IMG/VR virus record: IMGVR_UViG_3300012664_000155
Location: 925 to 64,924 of that record
DNA from: a virus
Taxonomy: Duplodnaviria > Caudoviricetes
Length of the DNA stretch: 64,000 nucleotides
Strand: one strand, 5' to 3'
Under the pieces are notes generated by a model. The model saw only the letters and a program-made list of their open reading frames with translations. It was not told the origin of the DNA and ran no database searches. Made by a program: the position numbers and the translations under genes. Each line of letters begins with the position of its first letter. The first letter of the stretch is position 1. Shown piece by piece: positions 35,224 through 43,868 of the stretch.

Positions 35224-37595
35224 TAACATATTTTAAGTCACTAGGTGACACGTCTGCTCCATTCTTTAGAGAGGTAAATGTTGCTATAGATAGGATAAGA
35301 AGTGGGGCATCAAAGGTTATATGCGATCAGATTAGAGCGGAGAAGGACAAGACAAGACGTAACGAGATAAAGAAGAAGCTTCCAGCTATATGCTTCTCAG
35401 GTAAGTTCACGTCAAGACTTGATACGTCCATCACTGAACACAGCGGTCTTATATGCATCGACTTCGATGGATTCATTGACGAGTGGGCGTTACTTGATGC
35501 ACGTCATAAGTTGACATCTGACAAGCACTCGTTCTGTGTGTTCACGTCTCCATCAGGTGATGGTCTTAAGGTACTTGTTAAGATACCAAAGGACATCAAG
35601 AACCATAAGAACTACTTCCTATCGCTTGAGCAGTACTACGCCATGGATGAGTTCGATAAGACATCCAAAAACATTGGTCGTGTATGCTTCGAGTCATACG
35701 ACCCAGAGATATATGTAAACAACGACAGCGCGTTATGGGACACGTTACTTGTTGAGTCATACCAATCGTTCGATTCATCGACAGCACGTCAGACAATTAA
35801 GCTTAACGACAGCAACGAGGTGATCAGAAGGCTTAAGAGTTGGTGGAACACTAACTTCGGATTGGTTGCAGGTAAGCGCAACAACAACACGTTCATCCTG
35901 GCATCAGCTCTTAACGAGTATGGTATATCTAAAGCTGACGCATCAATCGCTCTGTCTGACTTTGAGTCTGAGGGATTTCCTAAGAATGAGATTGCTCTTA
36001 TTATAGAGAGCGCGTACAAGAACATCGAGGCTCACGGAACTAAGTTCTATGAGGACACTGAGAAGATTGATAACATCAAGCAGTTGGTTAAGCAGGGAGT
36101 ACCTGAGGAGCAGGTTATCGAGTCGTATGGATCTATGTCTCAGGAAGTTGTGAAGTCAGTCATATCATCGATCGATGACCAGGAGGCGTTCTGGACAAAG
36201 AACAGCAAGGGTGTAGTTAAGCACGTTAACCACCTATACAAGAAGTACTTAGAGACCTGTGGGTACGCGAAGTATTACATCGAGGGAGGAAAGAACTTTG
36301 TCTTTGTAAACATTAACAACAACACGATATCTGATGCGACAGAGGATACCATTAAGGATGACGTTCTTGAGCATCTTTACGGAATGGAGGACTTGAGCAT
36401 CTACAACTACTTTGCTGACAAGACCAAGCTATTCAAGGAGGATCACCTCTCATTTTTAAATTCAATACAGCCATCAATCATGCACGACACGGCAGATGAG
36501 GCGCACCTATATTTCAGAAATTGTGCTGTTAAGGTCACAAAAGATAATGTTGAAGTAATCGACTATATGTCAGTCAATGGCTACATATGGGAGAAGCAGA
36601 AGATCGATAGGGACTTCGTTGTCGCTGACTATGAGAATTGTGAATTTAAGAGATTCATTCAAAACGTGAGCGGTAACGACACGGACCGAATCAGATCGAT
36701 CGAGTCAACGGCAGGTTATCTGTTACATAGCTACAAACCAGCGAGTTACTGTCCTGCTGTCATCATCAACGACGAGGTTATCAGTGACAACCCTGAGGGT
36801 GGTGTTGGTAAGGGTCTGTACATTCACGCTATAAGTCAGCTCAAGAAGTCTGTAATTATAGATGGTAAGGCGTTCAGCTTCCAGAAGTCGTTCCCATATC
36901 AGCGTGTATCAGCAGATACTCAGATGTTGGTGTTTGATGACGTTAGCAGAGGCTTTGACTTCGAGAGGTTGTTCTCTGTCATCACTGAGGGTATAACGCT
37001 TGAGAAGAAGAACAAGGACGAGATACACATACCATTCAGCAGATCACCTAAGATTGTTATATCAACAAACTACGCGATCAAGGGTGCAGGTAACTCGTTC
37101 GAGAGACGTAAGTGGGAGCTTGAGTTCGCTCAGTACTACAGCAAGAACTACACACCATATGATGAGTTTGGTCATCAGCTATTCACAGATTGGGACGATG
37201 CTCAGTGGCACTCGTTCGATAACTACATGATAGCTAACTTACAGCTGTACCTTAGAAAGGGTCTACAGAAGTCTAAGTTCAAGAATCTTAAGGAGCGTAA
37301 GTTCATAGCTGAGACATCCATGGACTTCTACGACTGGGCTAGAGATAGATACAACGACAAGACCAAGGTTGGTGTAGAGGTGTTAGGTCAGGACCTATAC
37401 AATGGGTTCACGGAACTTTACCCTGACTACGGACCGAGGGGTAAGTACACTATAGCTCGCAACAAGTTCTACAACTGGATCAATCTGTATGGAGACTTCA
37501 TGTACAACAGACATCCTGAGAAGTACAGGTCAACACTTGGTGTCACGTTTAGGTTCGAGAGAGATGTAGAGAAACAATTAGATTTAAACTTTTGA
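35220..37595 (+). CDS. primase-helicase (VirE-N/BT4734-like primase plus C-terminal NTPase)
   Basis: LICIDFD, FTSPSGDGLK, GKRNN, Walker A EGGVGKG, Walker B VFDD. Confidence 0.85.
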   Translation: MITYFKSLGDTSAPFFREVNVAIDRIRSGASKVICDQIRAEKDKTRRNEIKKKLPAICFSGKFTSRLDTSITEHSGLICIDFDGFIDEWALLDARHKLTSDKHSFCVFTSPSGDGLKVLVKIPKDIKNHKNYFLSLEQYYAMDEFDKTSKNIGRVCFESYDPEIYVNNDSALWDTLLVESYQSFDSSTARQTIKLNDSNEVIRRLKSWWNTNFGLVAGKRNNNTFILASALNEYGISKADASIALSDFESEGFPKNEIALIIESAYKNIEAHGTKFYEDTEKIDNIKQLVKQGVPEEQVIESYGSMSQEVVKSVISSIDDQEAFWTKNSKGVVKHVNHLYKKYLETCGYAKYYIEGGKNFVFVNINNNTISDATEDTIKDDVLEHLYGMEDLSIYNYFADKTKLFKEDHLSFLNSIQPSIMHDTADEAHLYFRNCAVKVTKDNVEVIDYMSVNGYIWEKQKIDRDFVVADYENCEFKRFIQNVSGNDTDRIRSIESTAGYLLHSYKPASYCPAVIINDEVISDNPEGGVGKGLYIHAISQLKKSVIIDGKAFSFQKSFPYQRVSADTQMLVFDDVSRGFDFERLFSVITEGITLEKKNKDEIHIPFSRSPKIVISTNYAIKGAGNSFERRKWELEFAQYYSKNYTPYDEFGHQLFTDWDDAQWHSFDNYMIANLQLYLRKGLQKSKFKNLKERKFIAETSMDFYDWARDRYNDKTKVGVEVLGQDLYNGFTELYPDYGPRGKYTIARNKFYNWINLYGDFMYNRHPEKYRSTLGVTFRFERDVEKQLDLNF

Positions 37596-37888
37596 TTATG
37601 AGTAAGTTAATATGTATTGATGACTCGATTAAAGCTGGTATGGAGGAGTTTGTAGCTCACGCCTACCAGCAGTGGGTCAAGAAGGATAAGACATATACAA
37701 TCAGACAAGTACTTGAGAATGAGGGTATAGTGACTGGTGTGTTATTAAATGAAGTTAGAAACGAGCCAATCTACCAAAAGCTATTAGGTTATGTACAAGA
37801 GCCTGCCTTTAGGATGAATAGATTTGCAGAAATAGAAGAGAATCATGCAGAAATTTATATGGAAGAAGCGATCGGGGAATTGCTATGA
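37592..37888 (+). CDS. hypothetical protein
   Basis: 98-aa ORF. Confidence 0.7.
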   Translation: MIMSKLICIDDSIKAGMEEFVAHAYQQWVKKDKTYTIRQVLENEGIVTGVLLNEVRNEPIYQKLLGYVQEPAFRMNRFAEIEENHAEIYMEEAIGELL

Positions 37889-38125
37889 GGTACTTGAGAG
37901 AAAGTTCTTAATATTTTTTATCCATAGGGGTTATGTTAACTCGCTACGGAAAGCTATCAACGCTGTAAAATATCTTAACGATGTGTAAGTGTTGGAGAGG
38001 AAGCACAATAAAGGTTACGTTTAAGAGTAACAAGAAGACATTGACCATGTGTGTTCTTTGTGCTAACGAGCGATATGTATCACTTGTTAATGGTCATGGT
38101 TATAAAATAATTAAAATAGAAGATT

Positions 38126-38482
38126 ATGTTTAAGATTGATTTTTTTGAGTTATGTTTTTTATCTGAGGCTTGCATTCCAGAACGACCTATTGCTAGGGCT
38201 ATGTTTTGGCACAGCTTAACGGATAAGTACTGGGAGCAGATGACTCCTCAACAGAGAGGGCAGATGTTTGATTGGATGAATAAGACAGATGTTTATAATG
38301 AAAGCCTTAAGAAACATGAGGATACACAGGTGTTTCACGCTAGGTTTGATCCTGACAATCAGTACTTTGTAAATACATTCCATAATGGAGATCATCATGC
38401 TTTTATGTATAAAGGTAAGCACTATATCGGTAGAAACACATGGATACCTAAGGAGTTTATTAAATCAAAGAATAAGATATGA
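38126..38482 (+). CDS. hypothetical protein
   Basis: 118-aa ORF. Confidence 0.7.
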   Translation: MFKIDFFELCFLSEACIPERPIARAMFWHSLTDKYWEQMTPQQRGQMFDWMNKTDVYNESLKKHEDTQVFHARFDPDNQYFVNTFHNGDHHAFMYKGKHYIGRNTWIPKEFIKSKNKI

Positions 38483-38712
38483 AATACGAATTATTAGAAT
38501 TTAAAAATGGTAAATACGGAATAAGAAGAAGAAGTTTCATTCAAAATTTATTTAATTTTGGTGGAATTTTTTTTGATTTTGATTCATCATCTGAGTATTA
38601 TTGGGGATTAAATTCTCGACATTTTAAGGATTGCGAAACAAGTTCATTGGTTAAAGCAGAAGAAATATACCAAAGGCTTACAGGAACAAATATTTTTAGA
38701 AAAATAAAATAA
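38479..38712 (+). CDS. hypothetical protein
   Basis: 77-aa ORF. Confidence 0.65.
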   Translation: MKYELLEFKNGKYGIRRRSFIQNLFNFGGIFFDFDSSSEYYWGLNSRHFKDCETSSLVKAEEIYQRLTGTNIFRKIK

Positions 38713-38714
38713 AT

Positions 38715-38870
38715 ATGGAAAAAGAAACATTTGAAGAAGTAGTTAAGCCATTAATGAAATGGTTGTGCGAAAATAAAAACCCACATACATACGCAATGAT
38801 TTCTGGGACAGCAGCAGAATTAGTAGAAGGAGTTGAAGTAGTAAACACATTTGAATTTTTAATAGATTAG
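38715..38870 (+). CDS. hypothetical protein (51 aa)
   Basis: MEKETFEEVVKPLMKWLCENKNPHT. Confidence 0.65.
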   Translation: MEKETFEEVVKPLMKWLCENKNPHTYAMISGTAAELVEGVEVVNTFEFLID

Positions 38871-38872
38871 AT

Positions 38873-39091
38873 ATGAGAAGCGAAATAAGAAAAGCTATAG
38901 AAGATTGCTCTCATTATGGTGACGAGGTCCACTTCAAGATAATGCATGACTACGCACCTGCTCTTATTGATAGGCTAGAATATTTATCTAAGCTTGATGC
39001 TATAAACTTTGCTAGATATGTATTAATAAAAGGTAAGGATCACAAGGGGGAAAGAATTGAAGATGTTTATGAACAATATAAAAAATTATAA
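38873..39091 (+). CDS. hypothetical protein
   Basis: 72-aa ORF. Confidence 0.6.
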   Translation: MRSEIRKAIEDCSHYGDEVHFKIMHDYAPALIDRLEYLSKLDAINFARYVLIKGKDHKGERIEDVYEQYKKL

Positions 39092-39093
39092 TT

Positions 39094-39336
39094 ATGCCGA
39101 CATTTGATTGTTATGTAGATGTAGATGATTTCATGGATGAACTTTCAGAAAATGGAATTAAAGAAGTAATTGAGTGGCTTCAGGATCATGAAGAAGATTT
39201 TGTTGATATTCCTAATGGTAAATTAAACTTTGATGAAGCAATGTTACTTCAAAATTTGAATAAAATTAAAGATAATTTAATTCAAGTTACACTAGAAGAA
39301 ATGGAAGTTATTAATCAAATTGCAAAAAGATTATGA
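39094..39336 (+). CDS. hypothetical acidic protein
   Basis: 80-aa ORF. Confidence 0.65.
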   Translation: MPTFDCYVDVDDFMDELSENGIKEVIEWLQDHEEDFVDIPNGKLNFDEAMLLQNLNKIKDNLIQVTLEEMEVINQIAKRL

Positions 39337-39497
39337 AAGAAGTGGAATGCGAATACTGCGATGGAAAAGGAAGCAGAGAAGTGCCTGCTGATTGCTGGCA
39401 ACCAGCTTGGAATTGTTGCGGTGGATGTACAGAAATAATTGAATGTCCTGAATGCGAGGGAAGTGGAGAAATAGAAATAGACGAAGATGAAATTTAA
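39333..39497 (+). CDS. DnaJ-type zinc-finger mini-protein (54 aa)
   Basis: CEYCDGKG and CPECEGSG (two CxxCxGxG) plus CCGGC. Confidence 0.65.
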   Translation: MKEVECEYCDGKGSREVPADCWQPAWNCCGGCTEIIECPECEGSGEIEIDEDEI

Positions 39498-39622
39498 AAA
39501 TTATGGAAAAAACATTATTATTAATATTGATTCTAGTAGTAAATATTTCTACAATATCAATTACATACTGGTTAGAAAAAATTTATAAATTATTAAAAAC
39601 AAACAAAGTTGAGAAATAGAAG

Positions 39623-40861
39623 ATGAAGGAGCTTAGAGATTATCAACTGAAAATAGCTGAAGATGGTAACAAGATACTGACTGAAAACAGAATTCTTTAT
39701 CTATCTATGCAGGTAAGAACAGGTAAGACGGCTACATCTATGGGTGTAGCCAAACTATTCGGAGCAAAGAATGTGCTGTTCTTAACTAAGAAGAAAGCGA
39801 TACAGAGCATCGAGGAGGACTACATCGAATTCGGATACGACAAATACTTTAAGATAACTATTATAAACGATGAGTCAATGCACAAGACAGAGGGGTCATT
39901 TGATCTTATAGTACATGACGAGCACCATCGATTCGGTTCCTTCCCTAAGCCAGGGAAAGCTACAAAGTTATTCAAGAGTTCGTATAGTCATCTCCCAATG
40001 ATATTCTTGTCAGGTACACCATCTCCAGAGTCTTTCTCTCAGATGTACCATCAGTTCTGGGTTAGCCGTTGCTCACCATGGAACGACTACAAAAACTTTT
40101 ATCAGTGGTCACATGACTACGTAAACATCCAACAGAAGAGGATTGGTTCTTTTATGCATAACGACTACTCTAGCGGTAGAGAGGACAAGATAATGGGTGA
40201 CATCTCACATCTTATGATATGCTACACACAGCAGGAGGCAGGGTTTACATCCAAGATAATTGAGGAGGTTCTTTACGTTCCACAGAGCAAGGTAATCAAC
40301 AACCTTACATCACGCCTGCTGAAGGATTTAATCATTGAGGGAGAGAAGGAGGTAGTTCTTGCAGATACAGCAGCAAAGCTAATGCAGAAGCTTCATCAAC
40401 TATACTCAGGAACGATTAAGTTTGAGAGCGGTAACTCGATGATAATTGACACCACAAAGGCTGAGTTCATCAAGGATCGATTTTCAGGAAGCAAGATAGG
40501 CATCTTCTATGTTTTCAAGGAAGAGTACAAATTACTTCAGCAGGTATTTGGTGAGGACAACCTGACAAACGATCTGAATGAGTTCAATACTACAGATAAA
40601 AATATTGCCCTACAGATTGTAAGTGGTAGGGAGGGAATATCCTTACGTAACGCTGACTTCTTGGTGTTCTATAACATACAGCACTCAGCTGTGTCTTACT
40701 TTCAAGGTATAGACCGTATGACCACCATCGATCGATTGGAGAACAAGGTCTACTGGATATTTACTGAGGGAGGAATAGAGGAGAAGATATACAAGGTAGT
40801 TAAGAGTAAGAAGAAGTACACAAACAATATATTTAAGAAGGACTATGAACTCACTAGATGA
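39623..40861 (+). CDS. superfamily 2 helicase
   Basis: VRTGKT, HDEHH, LSGTP, SGREGISL, QGIDR. Confidence 0.85.
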   Translation: MKELRDYQLKIAEDGNKILTENRILYLSMQVRTGKTATSMGVAKLFGAKNVLFLTKKKAIQSIEEDYIEFGYDKYFKITIINDESMHKTEGSFDLIVHDEHHRFGSFPKPGKATKLFKSSYSHLPMIFLSGTPSPESFSQMYHQFWVSRCSPWNDYKNFYQWSHDYVNIQQKRIGSFMHNDYSSGREDKIMGDISHLMICYTQQEAGFTSKIIEEVLYVPQSKVINNLTSRLLKDLIIEGEKEVVLADTAAKLMQKLHQLYSGTIKFESGNSMIIDTTKAEFIKDRFSGSKIGIFYVFKEEYKLLQQVFGEDNLTNDLNEFNTTDKNIALQIVSGREGISLRNADFLVFYNIQHSAVSYFQGIDRMTTIDRLENKVYWIFTEGGIEEKIYKVVKSKKKYTNNIFKKDYELTR

Positions 40862-41072
40862 ATTAATACGGACATTTGACCTAGAGCGACCAGCAGTTAC
40901 AAACATCTTAATAGATGACGCTCAGTTAGTTGACGGAAAGATTGTAATTAATTGTGCAAAAGTTTTGGATAATGATTTAAAATTCATTAGGTTTGCAGAC
41001 TTAACAAAGTTACTTCCACATCTTAGTAACTGCAATGTAATATTCAATGTTAGAATCAAAGATCCAAGCTAA
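40845..41072 (+). CDS. hypothetical protein
   Basis: 75-aa ORF. Confidence 0.6.
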   Translation: MNSLDELIRTFDLERPAVTNILIDDAQLVDGKIVINCAKVLDNDLKFIRFADLTKLLPHLSNCNVIFNVRIKDPS

Positions 41073-41307
41073 GTATATAAAAGACTTAGAGTCAAGAGGT
41101 TATTACGTAATAAAGCTATCTGTAACAAACAAACCAGGGATACCAGACATTATAGCTCTACCTCCTGGATGCAATGCAGAGTTTTATGAAGTAAAGCAGA
41201 AAGGTAAGAAGCCAAGACCACTACAGGATTTTAGAATGAAGGAGATAAGAAATGGAAATTACGGACGAACTTTCCTACATGACGGAGAGACAACAGAAAT
41301 TCTGTAA
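41047..41307 (+). CDS. VRR-NUC domain nuclease
   Basis: LESKIQ, GIPDII, YEVKQ..KKPRPLQ. Confidence 0.85.
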   Translation: MLESKIQAKYIKDLESRGYYVIKLSVTNKPGIPDIIALPPGCNAEFYEVKQKGKKPRPLQDFRMKEIRNGNYGRTFLHDGETTEIL

Positions 41308-41572
41308 GGATGTATACGAAAGATATGTGTCAGGAATACCCATTAAGAAGATAATGCTTGAGGTAGATAGCTGGCACTATCCAAAGATACAGATAGCTTA
41401 CGAGATCTATAAGAGACACATCACAAGGAACGATATAGCGCTAGGTCATAAGAACGAGCCATACTATCTTACAGAAGATGATTGTGAAATAGAGGGATAC
41501 AAATTTGAAAATTTAAGTTTAAATGAAAAACAATTCTATGAAGAATACAGGAGGAGACACGGGTTATTATAA
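41252..41572 (+). CDS. hypothetical protein
   Basis: 106-aa ORF. Confidence 0.6.
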   Translation: MEITDELSYMTERQQKFCKDVYERYVSGIPIKKIMLEVDSWHYPKIQIAYEIYKRHITRNDIALGHKNEPYYLTEDDCEIEGYKFENLSLNEKQFYEEYRRRHGLL

Positions 41573-41801
41573 CCTTGAGTCAGAATGGAAATGCGTTCAG
41601 GACATCATTGAGTGCAGAGGGCTTAACTATTCCCAGGGGAACATACTTAAGGTAGCTATGACTATGAACGTAGGAAGGCACGATGGTACCACGTACCAAA
41701 GAGATCTAGAGAAGGTTATATGGTTCGCTAACAGAGAGTTAAAAAGAATGGAAATACAGGCTAAAGAAAGGGCTGAAATATTAATGAGTTTGAAAAAATA
41801 A
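41538..41801 (+). CDS. DUF3310-like protein
   Basis: DIIE...LNYSQGNILK...DLEKVIWF. Confidence 0.7.
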   Translation: MKNTGGDTGYYNLESEWKCVQDIIECRGLNYSQGNILKVAMTMNVGRHDGTTYQRDLEKVIWFANRELKRMEIQAKERAEILMSLKK

Positions 41802-41806
41802 GAGCA

Positions 41807-42259
41807 ATGACTAATCCAACAACATCACAGAAATACCTGGCGCTTGCGATATGCTTGCCAGTTCTAGCGGACTTCATAGAGGACCTTAGAGATACGAACG
41901 TATTCGTTAGAATGATCGCTAAGAAATCAAATATGCTCATGGAGGAAATTAGAAAGGCAGACGAGAAGTTCTACGATAAGAGAAGATTTTCTGACGCTAC
42001 AGAAGAGGAGATAAGAGAACTTGTCCTTGGCATAGCTAACCAGCAAGAAATTGGTGGCAGAGAATTTAGAAAATGGGTCACAAATAAATTTAAAGATTAT
42101 GACGAAGAACCTGTACATAGCGACGGTGAAGATCAAGATAAGAAAGAAGAAGGAGACGTTGACAGTAACGAAGGAGAAGCACCCTGTGATACTAAACGAA
42201 AACTTCAGAATTCCAGAAGAGGATCTAAGAAGAAGTCTACAGATGATGCTGAAAAATAG
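41807..42259 (+). CDS. hypothetical protein
   Basis: 150-aa ORF; 3' part overlaps the next ORF. Confidence 0.55.
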   Translation: MTNPTTSQKYLALAICLPVLADFIEDLRDTNVFVRMIAKKSNMLMEEIRKADEKFYDKRRFSDATEEEIRELVLGIANQQEIGGREFRKWVTNKFKDYDEEPVHSDGEDQDKKEEGDVDSNEGEAPCDTKRKLQNSRRGSKKKSTDDAEK

Positions 42260-42353
42260 CATTAATTTTAAGAAATTTGATGAGTTCTCATATACTTATG
42301 AGGTATCTGACCCTGTTTTTAGCAGTAAATTATACCAAAGTATTGCAAACTAG
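42051..42353 (+). CDS. hypothetical protein
   Basis: Probable start MTKNLYIATV within this ORF. Confidence 0.5.
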   Translation: MVAENLENGSQINLKIMTKNLYIATVKIKIRKKKETLTVTKEKHPVILNENFRIPEEDLRRSLQMMLKNSINFKKFDEFSYTYEVSDPVFSSKLYQSIAN

Positions 42354-42365
42354 GAATATATAGTA

Positions 42366-42373
42366 TATATTTG
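42366..42373 (+). promoter_or_regulatory. -7 box (TATATTTG)
   Basis: TAnnTTTG upstream of 42395. Confidence 0.55.
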
Positions 42374-42394
42374 CCATAATTAACACTAATAATC

Positions 42395-42571
42395 ATGCAA
42401 GACAAGTTTGTATCCTACGTCAATTCGACCATGAATGAATTAAACGAGCTAACGTCAGATCTTTATGAGGCAATGATTGACAAACAAAGATCAGATGTGG
42501 TAGCTACAATTAAATTAATACGGAAATGTATTACAGATATACAAAAATCCTATGAAGAACAGTCTAATTAA
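42395..42571 (+). CDS. hypothetical protein (58 aa)
   Basis: MQDKFVSYVNSTMNELNELTSDLYEAMID. Confidence 0.6.
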   Translation: MQDKFVSYVNSTMNELNELTSDLYEAMIDKQRSDVVATIKLIRKCITDIQKSYEEQSN

Positions 42572-43670
42572 ATTAAAAGCTATTGAACTAAGGGACTCAG
42601 GTCTTAAGAACAAGAGCGAAATCACCAGAATAGCTTGTAAGGAGCTAGGTGTTGAGTACTCGGAAGCAGCAAGAATGTTGGTAAGCAGAGCGCTAAGTAA
42701 TGAAACAGCTATTATCGACGAGTGCGAGTCGGTAGGTATCGACCCAAGTAAGGTCAAGCACTATTGGTACAAGGGAGAACATTTTTCTATCAATGTTAAG
42801 GGCGAAAATAACGAATTCAATTATGATGACTTTAAACAGGATCTAATTGATGAGATATCTAAATGGTCTCCCAAGTATCCAACTATCAACAGAGAGCCTG
42901 TAAGTGACCCACACTGCATGGTATTCAGCCCTGCCGACATACACATCGGTAAGTTATGTAGTTCATTCGAGACAGGTGAGACATACAACCAGCAGATTGC
43001 TGTGAAGAGAGTTCTCAACGGTCTAGATGGAATCATTCAGAAGTCTAGTGGGTTCAACATCAATAAGATTATATTTGTTGCAGGAAATGACATCCTACAT
43101 ACAGACAATCCTAGGAGACAGACAACATCTGGAACACCACAGGATACTGACGGAATGTGGTACGATAACTTCATCATGGCTAAACGACTATTGGTTGATA
43201 TCATCGAGAAGTTGGTACAAATAGCTGACGTTGAGGTTGTATTCAATCCATCTAACCATGACTATATGTCTGGATTTATGTTGTTGGATTCTATCAAGAG
43301 CTGGTTCAGAAACCATGAGAACATTAAGTTTAATTCTGATATGTCTCACAGGAAGTACTCAGTATATGGTCGCAACCTTATCGGAACAACACACATGGAC
43401 GGAGCTAAGATTCAACTACTTCCACAGCTTATGGCAGAGGAAGCGTCAGAGTATTGGCACATCTGCAAGCACAGATATATCTATGGGCATCACGTACATC
43501 ACAAGACATCTAAGGACTTCATGTCTGTATGCGTCGAGACGCTTAGAAGCCCATCAGGTACAGACAGCTGGCACCATCGTAATGGATATCAGTACGCACC
43601 TGTTGCAGTTGAGGCATTCATACATAACTTTGAGCATGGGCAGGTAGCCCGTTTAACACATTTATTTTAA
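42552..43670 (+). CDS. calcineurin-like metallophosphoesterase with N-terminal HTH-like region
   Basis: ADIHIG, GNDILH, SNHD, THMD, GHHVHH. Confidence 0.85.
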   Translation: MKNSLIKLKAIELRDSGLKNKSEITRIACKELGVEYSEAARMLVSRALSNETAIIDECESVGIDPSKVKHYWYKGEHFSINVKGENNEFNYDDFKQDLIDEISKWSPKYPTINREPVSDPHCMVFSPADIHIGKLCSSFETGETYNQQIAVKRVLNGLDGIIQKSSGFNINKIIFVAGNDILHTDNPRRQTTSGTPQDTDGMWYDNFIMAKRLLVDIIEKLVQIADVEVVFNPSNHDYMSGFMLLDSIKSWFRNHENIKFNSDMSHRKYSVYGRNLIGTTHMDGAKIQLLPQLMAEEASEYWHICKHRYIYGHHVHHKTSKDFMSVCVETLRSPSGTDSWHHRNGYQYAPVAVEAFIHNFEHGQVARLTHLF

Positions 43671-43834
43671 TGGAGACAGTTGCTCTATAACAGATGGTCG
43701 CTGTAGTAGAAGATTACATCTTCGAGAGAAAGAGAGTAAGAGTGAGAATCAATATGAATTGTCACCCTATCTTCTTTCAAGACCAATTAAATAAACTCAA
43801 CTACTGCTACACAGTTGCGTTAGAGTGGAATAAG

Positions 43835-43868
43835 AACAACCCAGTTTAGTCTGGGTTGTTTCTTTTTA
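43835..43868. terminator. terminator between convergent early and late blocks
   Basis: 10-bp stem aacaacccag/ctgggttgtt followed by tcttttt. Confidence 0.8.

Noticed and set aside
43669-43848. In-frame TAA between ATG 43669 and ORF MVAVVEDY... as a sign of stop-codon reassignment
   Set aside because: TAA, TAG and TGA all terminate long conserved genes normally, no suppressor tRNA was found, and the downstream ATG gives an adequate start.
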